Positions 36,921-46,043 of a DNA stretch of 64,000 nucleotides are shown here, piece after piece; the first letter of the stretch is position 1, and every line of letters begins with the position of its first letter. The DNA lies in the IMG/VR virus record IMGVR_UViG_2778261223_000007, positions 12,132 through 76,131 of that record; one strand, written 5' to 3'. The notes below the pieces were generated by a model that was not told where the DNA came from, did not search any database, and saw nothing but the letters and a program-made list of their open reading frames with translations. The position numbers and the translations under genes were made by a program. This stretch comes from a virus. Its lineage: Duplodnaviria > Heunggongvirae > Uroviricota > Caudoviricetes.

Positions 36921-37374
36921 TATTTGGTTGTAACACGGCGTCTGGCACATGCGTCGTTAGCGGTCTGGTGACGTTAAAGGGGTTACCTTTTCCCCTAGCT
37001 CAGGCAACAAACCAGGTAGCCGGAATGTGCAAGCCCCGTTCATATCGTCGGACCGAGGATTCACCATCCTGGCGATTCGGTGTGACAGCCGGAAGAGCAC
37101 GGCGCACAACAGGAAAAGGCGTTTAATTAGCGTGAGCGCCGTTTCCGTTGTGGTAATTGCGGCTATGCGCTCGTGACGAAGCCATTTTCATTCACTACGT
37201 TCTGATAAGTGACGTCGCCAGGAGTGGCTAACCTGGCAGGTGGAGGCACCACCGCCACAACTCCTTTCAATTCATCATATAGCCGCTCAGGCTGTACCCC
37301 TTAATTAATACGAAGTTACGACATCACTACCGGCACTTCCGGGGGATAGTCGCGCGTGTAAAAAAGGAGACGTT

Positions 37375-37950
37375 ATGTTAATGGCGAACGATAACGCATA
37401 TGCAGAAGAAGATCTCATTTTGAGTGACTTCATAGGGAAGCGTGAACGCTGGACCCAAAAGCGAGAGGAACTTTACGCCTCATTAGTTCGCAAAGGCGTC
37501 AATATCGAAACCGCACAGAGCGGCGATATGACAGTGGTAAGCGTTGGATTGCACGGTGTAAGCGTGTCAGCAATCAATCATGAGCCATACGTTGCGTTAT
37601 CCGAGTCAATGGTAAGGTTAGTTAAGTTCCTGAAGTACACAGAAGCGAATAATGTAATCATTGGCAAAAAGAATATCCCTTTTTCCTCGGCTTTTTACTG
37701 GATGATGAAAGGGCTTGATGCCCGGCGGACATCATGGCCTAAAGGGAGCTATATATCGATGTTCCGTGGCAGCATTGGCAGCAAAGAAAAGCTCTTCGAA
37801 TTCTTGCCGGAAGAGGCATTCGATATTGTGGAAGGGTGCGATGTGATGGTGATGCCTCGCCTGGTAATGATGAATGGTGATTTACAGGCGCAGACAGACT
37901 GGTTTGCAACTGGTGTGGATATTATCGCGACTGACTGGGAGGCTTTCTGA
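37375..37950 (+). CDS. hypothetical protein with a C-terminal DUF2829-like domain
   Basis: 191 aa. The C-terminal half carries KGLDARRTSWPKG ... GDLQAQTDWFATGVDIIATDWEAF, which resembles the DUF2829 pattern. Confidence 0.45.
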   Translation: MLMANDNAYAEEDLILSDFIGKRERWTQKREELYASLVRKGVNIETAQSGDMTVVSVGLHGVSVSAINHEPYVALSESMVRLVKFLKYTEANNVIIGKKNIPFSSAFYWMMKGLDARRTSWPKGSYISMFRGSIGSKEKLFEFLPEEAFDIVEGCDVMVMPRLVMMNGDLQAQTDWFATGVDIIATDWEAF

Positions 37951-38342
37951 TGTACGGGACTACCAAATTAAGCACTCAACAGGCCACCAATATTGAGTGG
38001 TCTATCGCTAACTGTAAGATCGTGTCATGCAATGCCACGCGTACTGATGTGGGCCATAAAAGCACTATAACAGGCTATCTAGTAATGACCACCAGGGGGA
38101 TGAGGGTTAGATTTCGTTGGAAAGCAGAGCAAGTAACGCCATTCAGAGAGCCATCAATGCCGCTGCAGGTTGAGCAGGATTATCTATGTTTACCAGAAAT
38201 AGATGGCGGAATGCTGGTGGAGTCTGATGGTAGTAAGGCTGATTTTGAAGCCAATTTGAAGCTGGCACAGGCCGTAATCAATAGTTATCGCGGACAGTGG
38301 ATCGCAAAAGTGAAACATGTTGTTCGTTTGTCTCGCTGGTAG
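37950..38342 (+). CDS. hypothetical protein
   Basis: 130-aa ORF coupled to the previous gene (ATGA overlap). Confidence 0.5.
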   Translation: MYGTTKLSTQQATNIEWSIANCKIVSCNATRTDVGHKSTITGYLVMTTRGMRVRFRWKAEQVTPFREPSMPLQVEQDYLCLPEIDGGMLVESDGSKADFEANLKLAQAVINSYRGQWIAKVKHVVRLSRW

Positions 38343-38354
38343 TATTAGATATTT

Positions 38355-38372
38355 GGTATTAATTTTCTAATA
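38355..38372 (-). promoter_or_regulatory. C1-type operator-like motif (partial), embedded in an 8-bp palindrome GTATTAGA..TCTAATAC
   Basis: The reverse complement is GTATTAGAAAATTAATAC. It lies upstream of the lpa-position gene. Confidence 0.35.
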
Positions 38373-38450
38373 CAATCATCTTTTTGCCAGTCTATACAGT
38401 TTTAACATTCTCATTATCATCCCCTCGGTCATTTCCTGCCCGGGGGATTA

Positions 38451-38843
38451 ATGGAACAAATCAGCAGCGCAGAAATTGCGGATATCATGATCAGGGCTGA
38501 CTGCTATCTGACAGTCACTGAAATTACCACTCTCGCCAAAGAAAAATACCCTCATCTCCATGTTTCACGAGTAAGTGTAACTAACATCATTCGTCATTTT
38601 GTTCGTTCAAGCAGGGCAATCTGTGAGCTTGATGATCGTGTGTATCCACGAAAATACTGGTTGCATGGCCTGAACGGATATCAGTTCAAGGTGCGTGGGC
38701 GAACCCCGGAATACGGCAGTTTACTGGTTAAAAACTGTAGCAGGAAATCAGTCGAACAGGCGCGAAAAGAGCAACGAGAGCTGGTGGACATGGCGAATAA
38801 GCTGTGGAATGCCGCCGTTAAAAAGCGTGGTGTTGCTTTATGA
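38451..38843 (+). CDS. late-gene activator candidate (Lpa position, immediately upstream of pacA)
   Basis: 130 aa. Its stop overlaps the pacA start. The call rests on position only. Confidence 0.3.
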   Translation: MEQISSAEIADIMIRADCYLTVTEITTLAKEKYPHLHVSRVSVTNIIRHFVRSSRAICELDDRVYPRKYWLHGLNGYQFKVRGRTPEYGSLLVKNCSRKSVEQARKEQRELVDMANKLWNAAVKKRGVAL

Positions 38844-40204
38844 GTCTGGTTAATTGGGAGGAGCACCGCGCCCGCTTTATGGCGTTGCGTGAAGAAAAAG
38901 GGATCACTGTAAAGGAATACTGTGAGGAGCATGGCCTTAGCTTCAATACAGCCAGAAAGCATCTCAATATGAAAAAAAATGAGGTGCGGTCGCAGGTAAA
39001 GACAACAAAAAAAAGCACCAAATCACCTGAAAAAAAACGGGCGGGAAGAGCAACAAAAAAGCTGGAAGAGGGTGCAGAAAAAACAAAATTTACAGAAATT
39101 GACAATTCGCAGGGCGCAGGTTCTTTCCGAAGTATGCCGAGAAAGAAAACTTCGGATCATGAAAATAATTCAAATAATAACAATGAGATAAAAGAATCCG
39201 TCAGGAGATCATTGCGCGAAAAAATGGCGAAAATGATCCCCGAAGAAGATAAAAGCGCCCCAAAAATTGAGGGATCTTCTGCAATGATCCCTGACGGTGC
39301 TGTGCAGCGTGCCACATTGCCAACTACGAATGTGGCTCGCGATATGATGAAGAACGGCGCAGAAGAACACCTGCGGTTAGCAATTCAAATGGCGCAAGAG
39401 CGCGCACTTCAGTATCAAAGCATTGTTGATCAGGAGGCCGAACGTCTACAGGCGGAAATAGACGCCTTGGGCGATAAAGAGCCAGAAGGAATGCACCCTG
39501 GGCAGCGCCTTCTCGGTCTAATCAGTGACGCGGCCTACTACATGAATGATTTTATCAGTAGGTTGGCAGCTATATATCAGTCCGAACAAAAGCTGCGACA
39601 GGGGGATGAAAAGCTTCGTCAGAGCGCTCGCCAGCAAGCATTCAAAGAGGCTGAGGCCAGAGAAAAACTCGAATTAGCACGCCTACAGGCCGAACAGCGT
39701 GGCAAAGAGATTGAATATCGCATTGGCGCTGACGCACGCGCAGCCAGAGTTATCGCCGCCGCTATACGTATGCGTGAGCGCGAGGAACTGGATGATATCG
39801 GTGTTGCTGAATACATCGAGCGCCAGGGTGTCAGCGTCCCGGCTATCCTCGCGGCGCGCGCGGCGAAAGCTATCACTCTTCTCGAACCACCTGTTTCTGA
39901 CGTCAATGATGTTGATGATGAACAGCTGGACAAAGAGGCAAGGGAGTTTGCAACGCTTCAGGCTAACCATCCGCAATGGCTGGCAGAGCGCCGGGCGGAT
40001 GTGGCAACCATTGTTGAAGAATTGGGGTGCGGAGATTACGACCGCAATGGCGAGCGTAAAGCAGGAGAATTCGAGGCCAACGACGAAGAGCTGGATATTG
40101 ACCCTTCGGCAACGGCTGAAATTTACGGTGATTATGATGCATCTGATGCAGGGTATGACGCCGGAGATGATGATATCGCGATAGAACCGCCGGAGGATGA
40201 TTAA
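38840..40204 (+). CDS. pacA: terminase small subunit (PacA-like)
   Basis: 454 aa with an N-terminal HTH (ITVKEYCEEHGLSFNTARKHL), a K-rich linker and an acidic C-terminus. It is coupled to the large subunit. Confidence 0.65.
   Translation: MSLVNWEEHRARFMALREEKGITVKEYCEEHGLSFNTARKHLNMKKNEVRSQVKTTKKSTKSPEKKRAGRATKKLEEGAEKTKFTEIDNSQGAGSFRSMPRKKTSDHENNSNNNNEIKESVRRSLREKMAKMIPEEDKSAPKIEGSSAMIPDGAVQRATLPTTNVARDMMKNGAEEHLRLAIQMAQERALQYQSIVDQEAERLQAEIDALGDKEPEGMHPGQRLLGLISDAAYYMNDFISRLAAIYQSEQKLRQGDEKLRQSARQQAFKEAEAREKLELARLQAEQRGKEIEYRIGADARAARVIAAAIRMREREELDDIGVAEYIERQGVSVPAILAARAAKAITLLEPPVSDVNDVDDEQLDKEAREFATLQANHPQWLAERRADVATIVEELGCGDYDRNGERKAGEFEANDEELDIDPSATAEIYGDYDASDAGYDAGDDDIAIEPPEDD
39147..39293. 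other. candidate pac region: a cluster of four (T/G)GATC(A/C) hexamers inside pacA
   Basis: GATC at ~39149, 39234, 39272 and 39290. P1 pac is a Dam-methylated hexamer cluster within pacA. Confidence 0.25.
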
Positions 40205-41712
40205 TGGCTGGAGGGCGCAAGATTAAATGCGTCACCAGCGATCCACGCTGGCGCGATATGGTAATCAAATACCGCTACAACTTTACCCAAGCTGTTGTCG
40301 ATATTTTTGGGATGTTCCCCTCCCACCAGCAGCAGCAGATCATTCAGTCCGTGCAGGAAACGGGGAGTAGGACGACCGTCACGTCCGGACACGGAACGGG
40401 GAAGTCGTCCCTTACCGCGATGTTGCTGTTGATTTTCATGATCCTGTTCCCCGATGCCCGTGTCATCATTGTTGCTAACAAGATAGGCCAGGTAAAAACA
40501 GGCGTATTCAAATACGTTAAACAGTATTGGGCGAATGCAGTTAAGCGTCATGGGTGGTTGCAGACCTATTTTGTCCTCTCTGACACCATGTTTTATGAGC
40601 GCTCCCGTAAGGGGATTTGGGAAGTTCTCTGCAAAGGTTATCGACTCGGCAACGAAGAAGCGCTGGCGGGGGAACACGCGGCACATTTGCTTCTAATTCT
40701 GGATGAAGCATCTGGTATATCTGATAAGGCGATCGGCGTAATGACCGGTGCTCTTACTGAAGAAGATAACCGGATGTTGATGCTATCCCAGCCAACAAGG
40801 CCAAGTGGTTATTTCTACGATTCGCACCATTCTCAAGCAAAAACCCCAGACAACCCGAAAGGGATCTGGACAGCAATTGTTCTTAACTCGGAAGAATCAC
40901 CGTTCGTCACACCACAATTCATCAAGCAGAAGCTTCTGGAATATGGCGGGCGCGATTCTATTGAGTACATGGTCAAGGTGCTTGGTCAGTTCCCACGAGA
41001 AATTAACGGCTATTTGCTTGGTCGTGATGAATGCGATCGCGCTGCTCGCCGCAAGGTGTTGTTGGAGAAAAACTGGGGATGGGTGGCAACGGCTGACGTT
41101 GGTAATGGGCGAGATAAGTCGGTCCTCAACATCTGCAAGGTATCAGGTCACAGGGATAAGCGGCGCGTTGTTAACTTTAAGGTAATGGAGATGCCTGGCA
41201 CTATGGACCCATTGGCCTTTGCTGACTTCATATATAACGAATGTACGCCGGAAAAATACCCGAATATAACAATCGCGGTTGATGCTGATGGTTTTGGTTC
41301 TGATACGTGTGCGCAGTTGGTGCGTCGTGGTGCGAACCCGGTACGTATTCGGTGGGGAAAACCCATGTTTGCGAACAAAGACAGGGAGCGATTTGTTAAT
41401 CAGCGTGCCTACGCAAATATTATGGCGCGTGATGCCATAAAGTCAGGGCGTATGCGGATAGACAGTGACCCTAAAACGGCAGAGCAAGCGTCAAAAATCC
41501 CCTTTTTACTGAATGAAGAAGGGAAAATGGCGATGATGCGCAAAGAGCACATGCGGCAAAAGCTAAACATCAAATCGCCTGACCGATGGGATACCTACTG
41601 CTTCACTATGCTGGTGGACTATGTGCCTGCTAATGAAGATATTGGTGCCGAAATGGCAACTTTCCGAGATCAGGTTCTGGCGGATATCGAAATGCCGGAT
41701 CTGGATATATAA
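40204..41712 (+). CDS. pacB: terminase large subunit (PacB-like)
   Basis: 502 aa with Walker A (VTSGHGTGKSS), Walker B (LLLILDEASGI) and a C-terminal nuclease-like region. Confidence 0.85.
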   Translation: MAGGRKIKCVTSDPRWRDMVIKYRYNFTQAVVDIFGMFPSHQQQQIIQSVQETGSRTTVTSGHGTGKSSLTAMLLLIFMILFPDARVIIVANKIGQVKTGVFKYVKQYWANAVKRHGWLQTYFVLSDTMFYERSRKGIWEVLCKGYRLGNEEALAGEHAAHLLLILDEASGISDKAIGVMTGALTEEDNRMLMLSQPTRPSGYFYDSHHSQAKTPDNPKGIWTAIVLNSEESPFVTPQFIKQKLLEYGGRDSIEYMVKVLGQFPREINGYLLGRDECDRAARRKVLLEKNWGWVATADVGNGRDKSVLNICKVSGHRDKRRVVNFKVMEMPGTMDPLAFADFIYNECTPEKYPNITIAVDADGFGSDTCAQLVRRGANPVRIRWGKPMFANKDRERFVNQRAYANIMARDAIKSGRMRIDSDPKTAEQASKIPFLLNEEGKMAMMRKEHMRQKLNIKSPDRWDTYCFTMLVDYVPANEDIGAEMATFRDQVLADIEMPDLDI

Positions 41713-41713
41713 A

Positions 41714-41730
41714 GCCCCGCGATGCGGGGC
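41714..41730. terminator. GC-rich hairpin between convergent genes (weak terminator)
   Basis: GCCCCGC-GAT-GCGGGGC. No strong T-run follows it. Confidence 0.3.
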
Positions 41731-41739
41731 CGGTTGTGA

Positions 41740-42777
41740 TTACCAGAGCTTCGCGGCGTACTGCGTTTGGGGGAATGTGTATCCGTAACGTTCTTCGATT
41801 GCTTTGCCGTATTTTTTACGAGCTTCATTCAGTTTAATGCCGGTCAGGTCGTCTCCAGAGGCCATCATTACGTCTAACAATTCCAGATCCATTTTATCCA
41901 GCCTTGCCATTGCTTCACGTGATGTACGTATCTTACGCTCAATGATATGGCGAATAGCCGGATCGGCATCCTCCAGCATCTTAGCGGATTTCTGCTTAAG
42001 GCTTTCATTGCGAATATCGATGTTCCTTAAGATGTACGACTTCGCAACGTAGCTTGGCTGGTGTTTTTCCAGGTCACGAACACGATATAAGTTAAAATCG
42101 CCGAGAAGGCTGCAAGGTACCGATTCGACGCCAGAATAAATTGTAATGCTCCGGCGTTCACCAACATTATTGACAACGGGGATCGTTGTCTTCGGTTGTC
42201 TTGCGAAAACCAATGCGCCATGTGCGCCAACTCTAAAGCGAGAAAGGGCATTGCTGCCTTCGATGTTTGTTGTCAGCACAACATCTGTATATGCCTCTTT
42301 ACGCGCCCGGTAGATCTCGCCTTCAGGCTCAGCTTCAAAGAAGCGCTGTTCTTCTTCAAGAGCACCTACGATTTGAGAAAAAACCCTATTTTTCAGGCTT
42401 TTCTTTATGATTTTGTCGTATTTTTTTAGCAATTGTTCACGTGTAAATGTACGTGTTGTTGTAGCGCTTTGCACAACGACATGCGTGCTTTGATTGGTGT
42501 CCTCAATGATGAATGGGATCGGAGAATATACAGACTCAACAATGTTCGACGCTTTGCCGTCGGCATCGCGGCACATGTCAACGAAGGCTTTCCATTCAGC
42601 AAGACATTTTTCAGCTTCTTCTAATATGTTTTGGTCATGCGTTAATGCAACATGGCGGAATTCCTCGCCAGCATAACTGGTATCATGGAAAACAGAGTTT
42701 GCGACCACCAGCTCTTTCCACCGTTCAGCGGTTTGCAGGAACCGTTTGTACTCTTTCTCGATCGACTTCTTACTCAT
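41740..42777 (-). CDS. hypothetical 345-aa protein. Position and operator-like repeats in its promoter make it a candidate C1-type immunity repressor, though this is unverified.
   Basis: Long minus-strand ORF between pacB and rox. Two operator-like motifs lie just upstream of its start. No similarity was recognised from the sequence itself. Confidence 0.5.
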   Translation of the reverse strand: MSKKSIEKEYKRFLQTAERWKELVVANSVFHDTSYAGEEFRHVALTHDQNILEEAEKCLAEWKAFVDMCRDADGKASNIVESVYSPIPFIIEDTNQSTHVVVQSATTTRTFTREQLLKKYDKIIKKSLKNRVFSQIVGALEEEQRFFEAEPEGEIYRARKEAYTDVVLTTNIEGSNALSRFRVGAHGALVFARQPKTTIPVVNNVGERRSITIYSGVESVPCSLLGDFNLYRVRDLEKHQPSYVAKSYILRNIDIRNESLKQKSAKMLEDADPAIRHIIERKIRTSREAMARLDKMDLELLDVMMASGDDLTGIKLNEARKKYGKAIEERYGYTFPQTQYAAKLW

Positions 42778-42788
42778 TATTCCTACTC

Positions 42789-42806
42789 GATTTAGTTTTC
42801 TAACAT
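42789..42806 (-). promoter_or_regulatory. C1-type operator-like motif
   Basis: The reverse complement is ATGTTAGAAAACTAAATC. It lies 12 nt upstream of the 345-aa gene start. Confidence 0.45.
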
Positions 42807-42877
42807 AAAATTACTATGACAAATTTATGTCGAATAACAGAGTGAGTAAAGGATCGAACTGTGATTTTTTGTCATCA

Positions 42878-42893
42878 ATTTTAGAAAACCAAC
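42878..42893 (+). promoter_or_regulatory. partial operator-like motif
   Basis: TTTTAGAAAACCAACC. Confidence 0.25.
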
Positions 42894-42986
42894 CGTAGAA
42901 ACCACACTTCGCTAATTAAAGACCATGAAGGCAACGTGTTACTGGTCATCATCAATCTATGATGGATTAAAAAAAATCGGCATTTT

Positions 42987-43020
42987 ATAACTTTAAATAA
43001 TTGGCATTATTTAAAGTTAG
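42987..43020. other. rox: rox-type recombination target site (14-4-14 palindrome), the Dre recombinase substrate
   Basis: ATAACTTTAAATA-ATTGGCAT-TATTTAAAGTTAG. The 32-bp core TAACTTTAAATAATTGGCATTATTTAAAGTTA is the reverse complement of the published rox site. It lies 150 bp upstream of the Cre homologue. Confidence 0.9.
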
Positions 43021-43171
43021 GCTATAATCATGTGTAGATGAACAGTATTGACATCACTGAAAATACGTGCATCCAATCAAAGGCTTGTATTTTGAAAATT
43101 AACTTATAGCTACCCTGTCATTTTTATATTTTTCGCGTAGCTTCATCTGTATATAGAGGTGAAATGGTTTC

Positions 43172-44200
43172 ATGAGTGAATTAATTATCTCTGGCAGTTC
43201 CGGTGGTTTTCTGCGCAACATTGGCAAAGAGTACCAGGAAGCCGCAGAAAACTTTATGCGGTTCATGAATGATCAGGGTGCTTATGCGCCGAATACTCTG
43301 CGCGACCTCCGGTTGGTGTTTCATTCCTGGGCGCGCTGGTGTCACGCTCGCCAGCTTGCCTGGTTTCCGATCTCACCAGAAATGGCCCGCGAGTATTTTC
43401 TTCAGTTGCATGATGCCGATCTGGCTTCGACCACCATTGATAAGCACTACGCCATGCTTAACATGCTGCTTTCTCATTGTGGCCTTCCGCCACTTTCGGA
43501 TGATAAAAGTGTTTCTCTGGCTATGCGGCGTATCCGGCGCGAAGCGGCAACGGAAAAAGGCGAACGAACAGGCCAGGCTATACCGCTGCGATGGGACGAC
43601 CTGAAACTGCTCGACGTCCTGTTGTCCAGGTCAGAACGGCTGGTGGACCTGCGCAACCGGGCTTTTCTCTTTGTTGCATACAATACGCTGATGCGTATGT
43701 CGGAAATCTCGCGTATTCGTGTAGGAGATCTGGACCAAACAGGTGACACTGTCACGCTACATATTTCACACACGAAGACAATAACGACCGCCGCCGGGCT
43801 TGATAAGGTGCTTTCCCGTCGCACTACTGCTGTGCTGAATGACTGGCTGGATGTTTCCGGGCTTCGTGAACATCCTGACGCGGTGCTGTTCCCGCCGATA
43901 CACCGTAGCAATAAGGCCAGGATTACGACAACGCCCCTTACTGCACCTGCAATGGAGAAAATATTCAGCGACGCCTGGGTGTTGCTGAATAAAAGGGATG
44001 CCACGCCAAACAAAGGGAGATACCGGACGTGGACCGGGCATAGTGCTCGTGTCGGGGCCGCTATCGATATGGCTGAAAAGCAGGTGTCTATGGTGGAGAT
44101 TATGCAGGAAGGAACCTGGAAGAAACCGGAAACACTTATGCGGTATCTGCGCCGTGGCGGTGTGTCTGTGGGGGCTAATAGCCGCTTGATGGATTCATAA
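43172..44200 (+). CDS. dre: Dre tyrosine recombinase (Cre homologue)
   Basis: 342 aa. It aligns along its whole length with Cre (WFP..PE..R.Y...L...GL...TI..H...LNML...GLP.PSD...VSL.MRRIR...GER..QA....DL....A.NTL.R..EI.RIRV.D...GHSARVGAA.DMA). Confidence 0.92.
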   Translation: MSELIISGSSGGFLRNIGKEYQEAAENFMRFMNDQGAYAPNTLRDLRLVFHSWARWCHARQLAWFPISPEMAREYFLQLHDADLASTTIDKHYAMLNMLLSHCGLPPLSDDKSVSLAMRRIRREAATEKGERTGQAIPLRWDDLKLLDVLLSRSERLVDLRNRAFLFVAYNTLMRMSEISRIRVGDLDQTGDTVTLHISHTKTITTAAGLDKVLSRRTTAVLNDWLDVSGLREHPDAVLFPPIHRSNKARITTTPLTAPAMEKIFSDAWVLLNKRDATPNKGRYRTWTGHSARVGAAIDMAEKQVSMVEIMQEGTWKKPETLMRYLRRGGVSVGANSRLMDS

Positions 44201-44216
44201 ATTAAATTTCTAACAC
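44199..44216 (-). promoter_or_regulatory. C1-type operator-like motif
   Basis: The reverse complement is GTGTTAGAAATTTAATTT. Confidence 0.4.
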
Positions 44217-44261
44217 ATCTTTTTAGATTGATATCTTTGCTGTAAAGTACCCTCGCCTATT

Positions 44262-44618
44262 TTGGAGGGTGCTTTGCAGAGTCAAATCACGGAATCAAGA
44301 CGCTTCACGGTGGATGGTTACACCGTAACCTTCGCCGCTGGTGTTAAGAACAGTCATGCTGTCGTTGTATTCGGCATCATGACCGGGCTTGAGGCCGTCC
44401 CTGTGTTTACCCTCGAAAAAAACTGGCGAAATCTGGAGGAAGCAGAAAGCTACGTCCGGAAAGTAACCATCATTGCCGCCGAAAAACTCCTGGCCCACTA
44501 TCAGGAAAATTATCGCACTATGGTCGAGAAGATTAATCTCGCTTTCACTCGCCCCACTACCGGCTTTATTGCACCGGATACTAATGCAGGTCGATATCCG
44601 GCAAGGGGGCGTCGGTGA
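44262..44618 (+). CDS. hypothetical protein (start uncertain, TTG)
   Basis: 118-aa ORF. Confidence 0.35.
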   Translation: MEGALQSQITESRRFTVDGYTVTFAAGVKNSHAVVVFGIMTGLEAVPVFTLEKNWRNLEEAESYVRKVTIIAAEKLLAHYQENYRTMVEKINLAFTRPTTGFIAPDTNAGRYPARGRR

Positions 44619-45091
44619 AAACTTATTACCCATCTCTGAATTGTTACCCGTCTTCCTATCCAGGATTGTCCGGGAAGCTGTTAGCTCTATTAGCTAAAGC
44701 ACCTACGGAATGGTTTAAGCCAGTCGTTATCAATCCACACTTCCTGGATTACGGATCTGTTCGCACTCGTAACGAACTCAAAAACCTACTGGCGCATGGA
44801 TTCATTCGACACCGTGCCGGTAAAGGCTATCAGTTATCGATTGCGCCAGAAGAGGCCGTGCGGCTATTCGCATATCGTGACAGCCAGACAAAAGCTCGGG
44901 TAATAGCTCAAATACTTCATAACGGCAGCACCTATGCCCGCCAGTTTGGCGGCGACACGTCGCAGTTCTTGCGGGCGGTGCGATCGCTGGAGGAGCAAGG
45001 AGTTATTGAAAGTTCCTGTCTTCCTGTTCCAACCGTTCCACATATCAAACGTCGGGTTTACACCTTCACGCAGAGAGCTAAAAAACAATGA
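44615..45091 (+). CDS. hypothetical protein
   Basis: 158 aa. Its GTG start overlaps the upstream stop. Confidence 0.45.
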   Translation: MKTYYPSLNCYPSSYPGLSGKLLALLAKAPTEWFKPVVINPHFLDYGSVRTRNELKNLLAHGFIRHRAGKGYQLSIAPEEAVRLFAYRDSQTKARVIAQILHNGSTYARQFGGDTSQFLRAVRSLEEQGVIESSCLPVPTVPHIKRRVYTFTQRAKKQ

Positions 45092-45582
45092 TTTACGTAA
45101 AAGTGAAACGCCTACATCCGGCAGCAAAACTTCCAGCTTATGCCACCTCCGGATCGGCGGCGATGGATTTTGAGGCTGTTGAAATAAAACCATGTGTCGA
45201 TAGCAATGGTGCAATTTCCTCAAGCTGGTGGGTGTACACCGGATTGGCTATGGAGATCCCGCCCGGCTGGTGTCTGAAACTCTATCCGCGATCCGGATTG
45301 GGCTGCAAAAAACATACTCGCCTGGCTAACTGCGTAGGAATTATCGACTCCGATTATCGCGGCGAAATCATGGCAAAACTGATTACTGATCCCGGCGGGG
45401 AAGGCGTTTGTCTCAAGCCTGGAATGGCTGTCATGCAAGGAATTTTTGAGCGTGTTGAACAAGTCTCACTAGTCGAGGTTGAGGAACTCAACGAAACGGA
45501 ACGTGGTGATGGTGGCTTTGGTAGCACATCGGAAGGCCACTTTGAAATTAAGCGTTCACCGCTTCAGTACGAAAAGTTATAA
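45088..45582 (+). CDS. dut: dUTP diphosphatase
   Basis: 164 aa with the trimeric-dUTPase motifs AMDFEAV, PRSGLG and GIIDSDYRGEI. Confidence 0.8.
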   Translation: MIYVKVKRLHPAAKLPAYATSGSAAMDFEAVEIKPCVDSNGAISSSWWVYTGLAMEIPPGWCLKLYPRSGLGCKKHTRLANCVGIIDSDYRGEIMAKLITDPGGEGVCLKPGMAVMQGIFERVEQVSLVEVEELNETERGDGGFGSTSEGHFEIKRSPLQYEKL

Positions 45583-45596
45583 GCAGAGAAAAGACT

Positions 45597-46037
45597 ATGA
45601 ATAACATGGCAACGAAAGAGCTTTTTAAGTTCCTTCCAAAATACAAAGCTCACAAAAAAAATGGAACCACGGTCATCATTACGGATGACAACGGCGTGAT
45701 GATTAATCTTACCGGGAGCGTAACTATTTCTGCTGGTGGCATCACCACCCAGCAAGAAGAAATCGACCTTGAAGCAGCCGACTTTTCTGACGCGCTGATG
45801 TGGCTGAAGGATGGCAAGAAAGTTGCTCGACGCGGGTGGAACGGCGAAAACCAATTCTGCTGGCTGGTTCCTGAAGGACAGTACCCGGCACGAATGGAAG
45901 CCATTAAGGGATATTTCCCCGGCGACCTCGTTCCGTATGGTGCTTATTTCGCCTTAAAAAATGCACAAGGTGTAGTTGTTCCGTGGGTTCCTTCTGTAGG
46001 CGACTTACTGGCATGTGACTGGTTTGTGGTGGAGTGA
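45597..46037 (+). CDS. DUF2829 / Tad2-like protein with an extra N-terminal domain
   Basis: 146 aa. Its C-terminus (ALMWLKDGKKVARRGWNGENQFCWLVPEG...VVVPWVPSVGDLLACDWFVVE) is a near-canonical DUF2829. Confidence 0.65.
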   Translation: MNNMATKELFKFLPKYKAHKKNGTTVIITDDNGVMINLTGSVTISAGGITTQQEEIDLEAADFSDALMWLKDGKKVARRGWNGENQFCWLVPEGQYPARMEAIKGYFPGDLVPYGAYFALKNAQGVVVPWVPSVGDLLACDWFVVE

Positions 46038-46043
46038 TTTAAC

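Noticed and set aside
39619-40268. Overlapping ORFs on both strands within the pacA 3' half (39619..39933, 39683..39976, 39699..40184, 39963..40268)
   Set aside because: They are shadow ORFs of the acidic C-terminal pacA region. The pacA frame is continuous and coupled to pacB.
42987-43020. lox-like palindrome initially read as loxP
   Set aside because: The arms are TAACTTTAAATA, not ATAACTTCGTATA, and the unit is 14-4-14. It matches rox, and the adjacent recombinase is Dre-like.
43269-44041. ORFs 43269..43604 (+), 43474..44013 (-), 43766..44041 (-) inside dre
   Set aside because: They are alternative-frame or antisense ORFs within a gene that aligns end to end with Cre.
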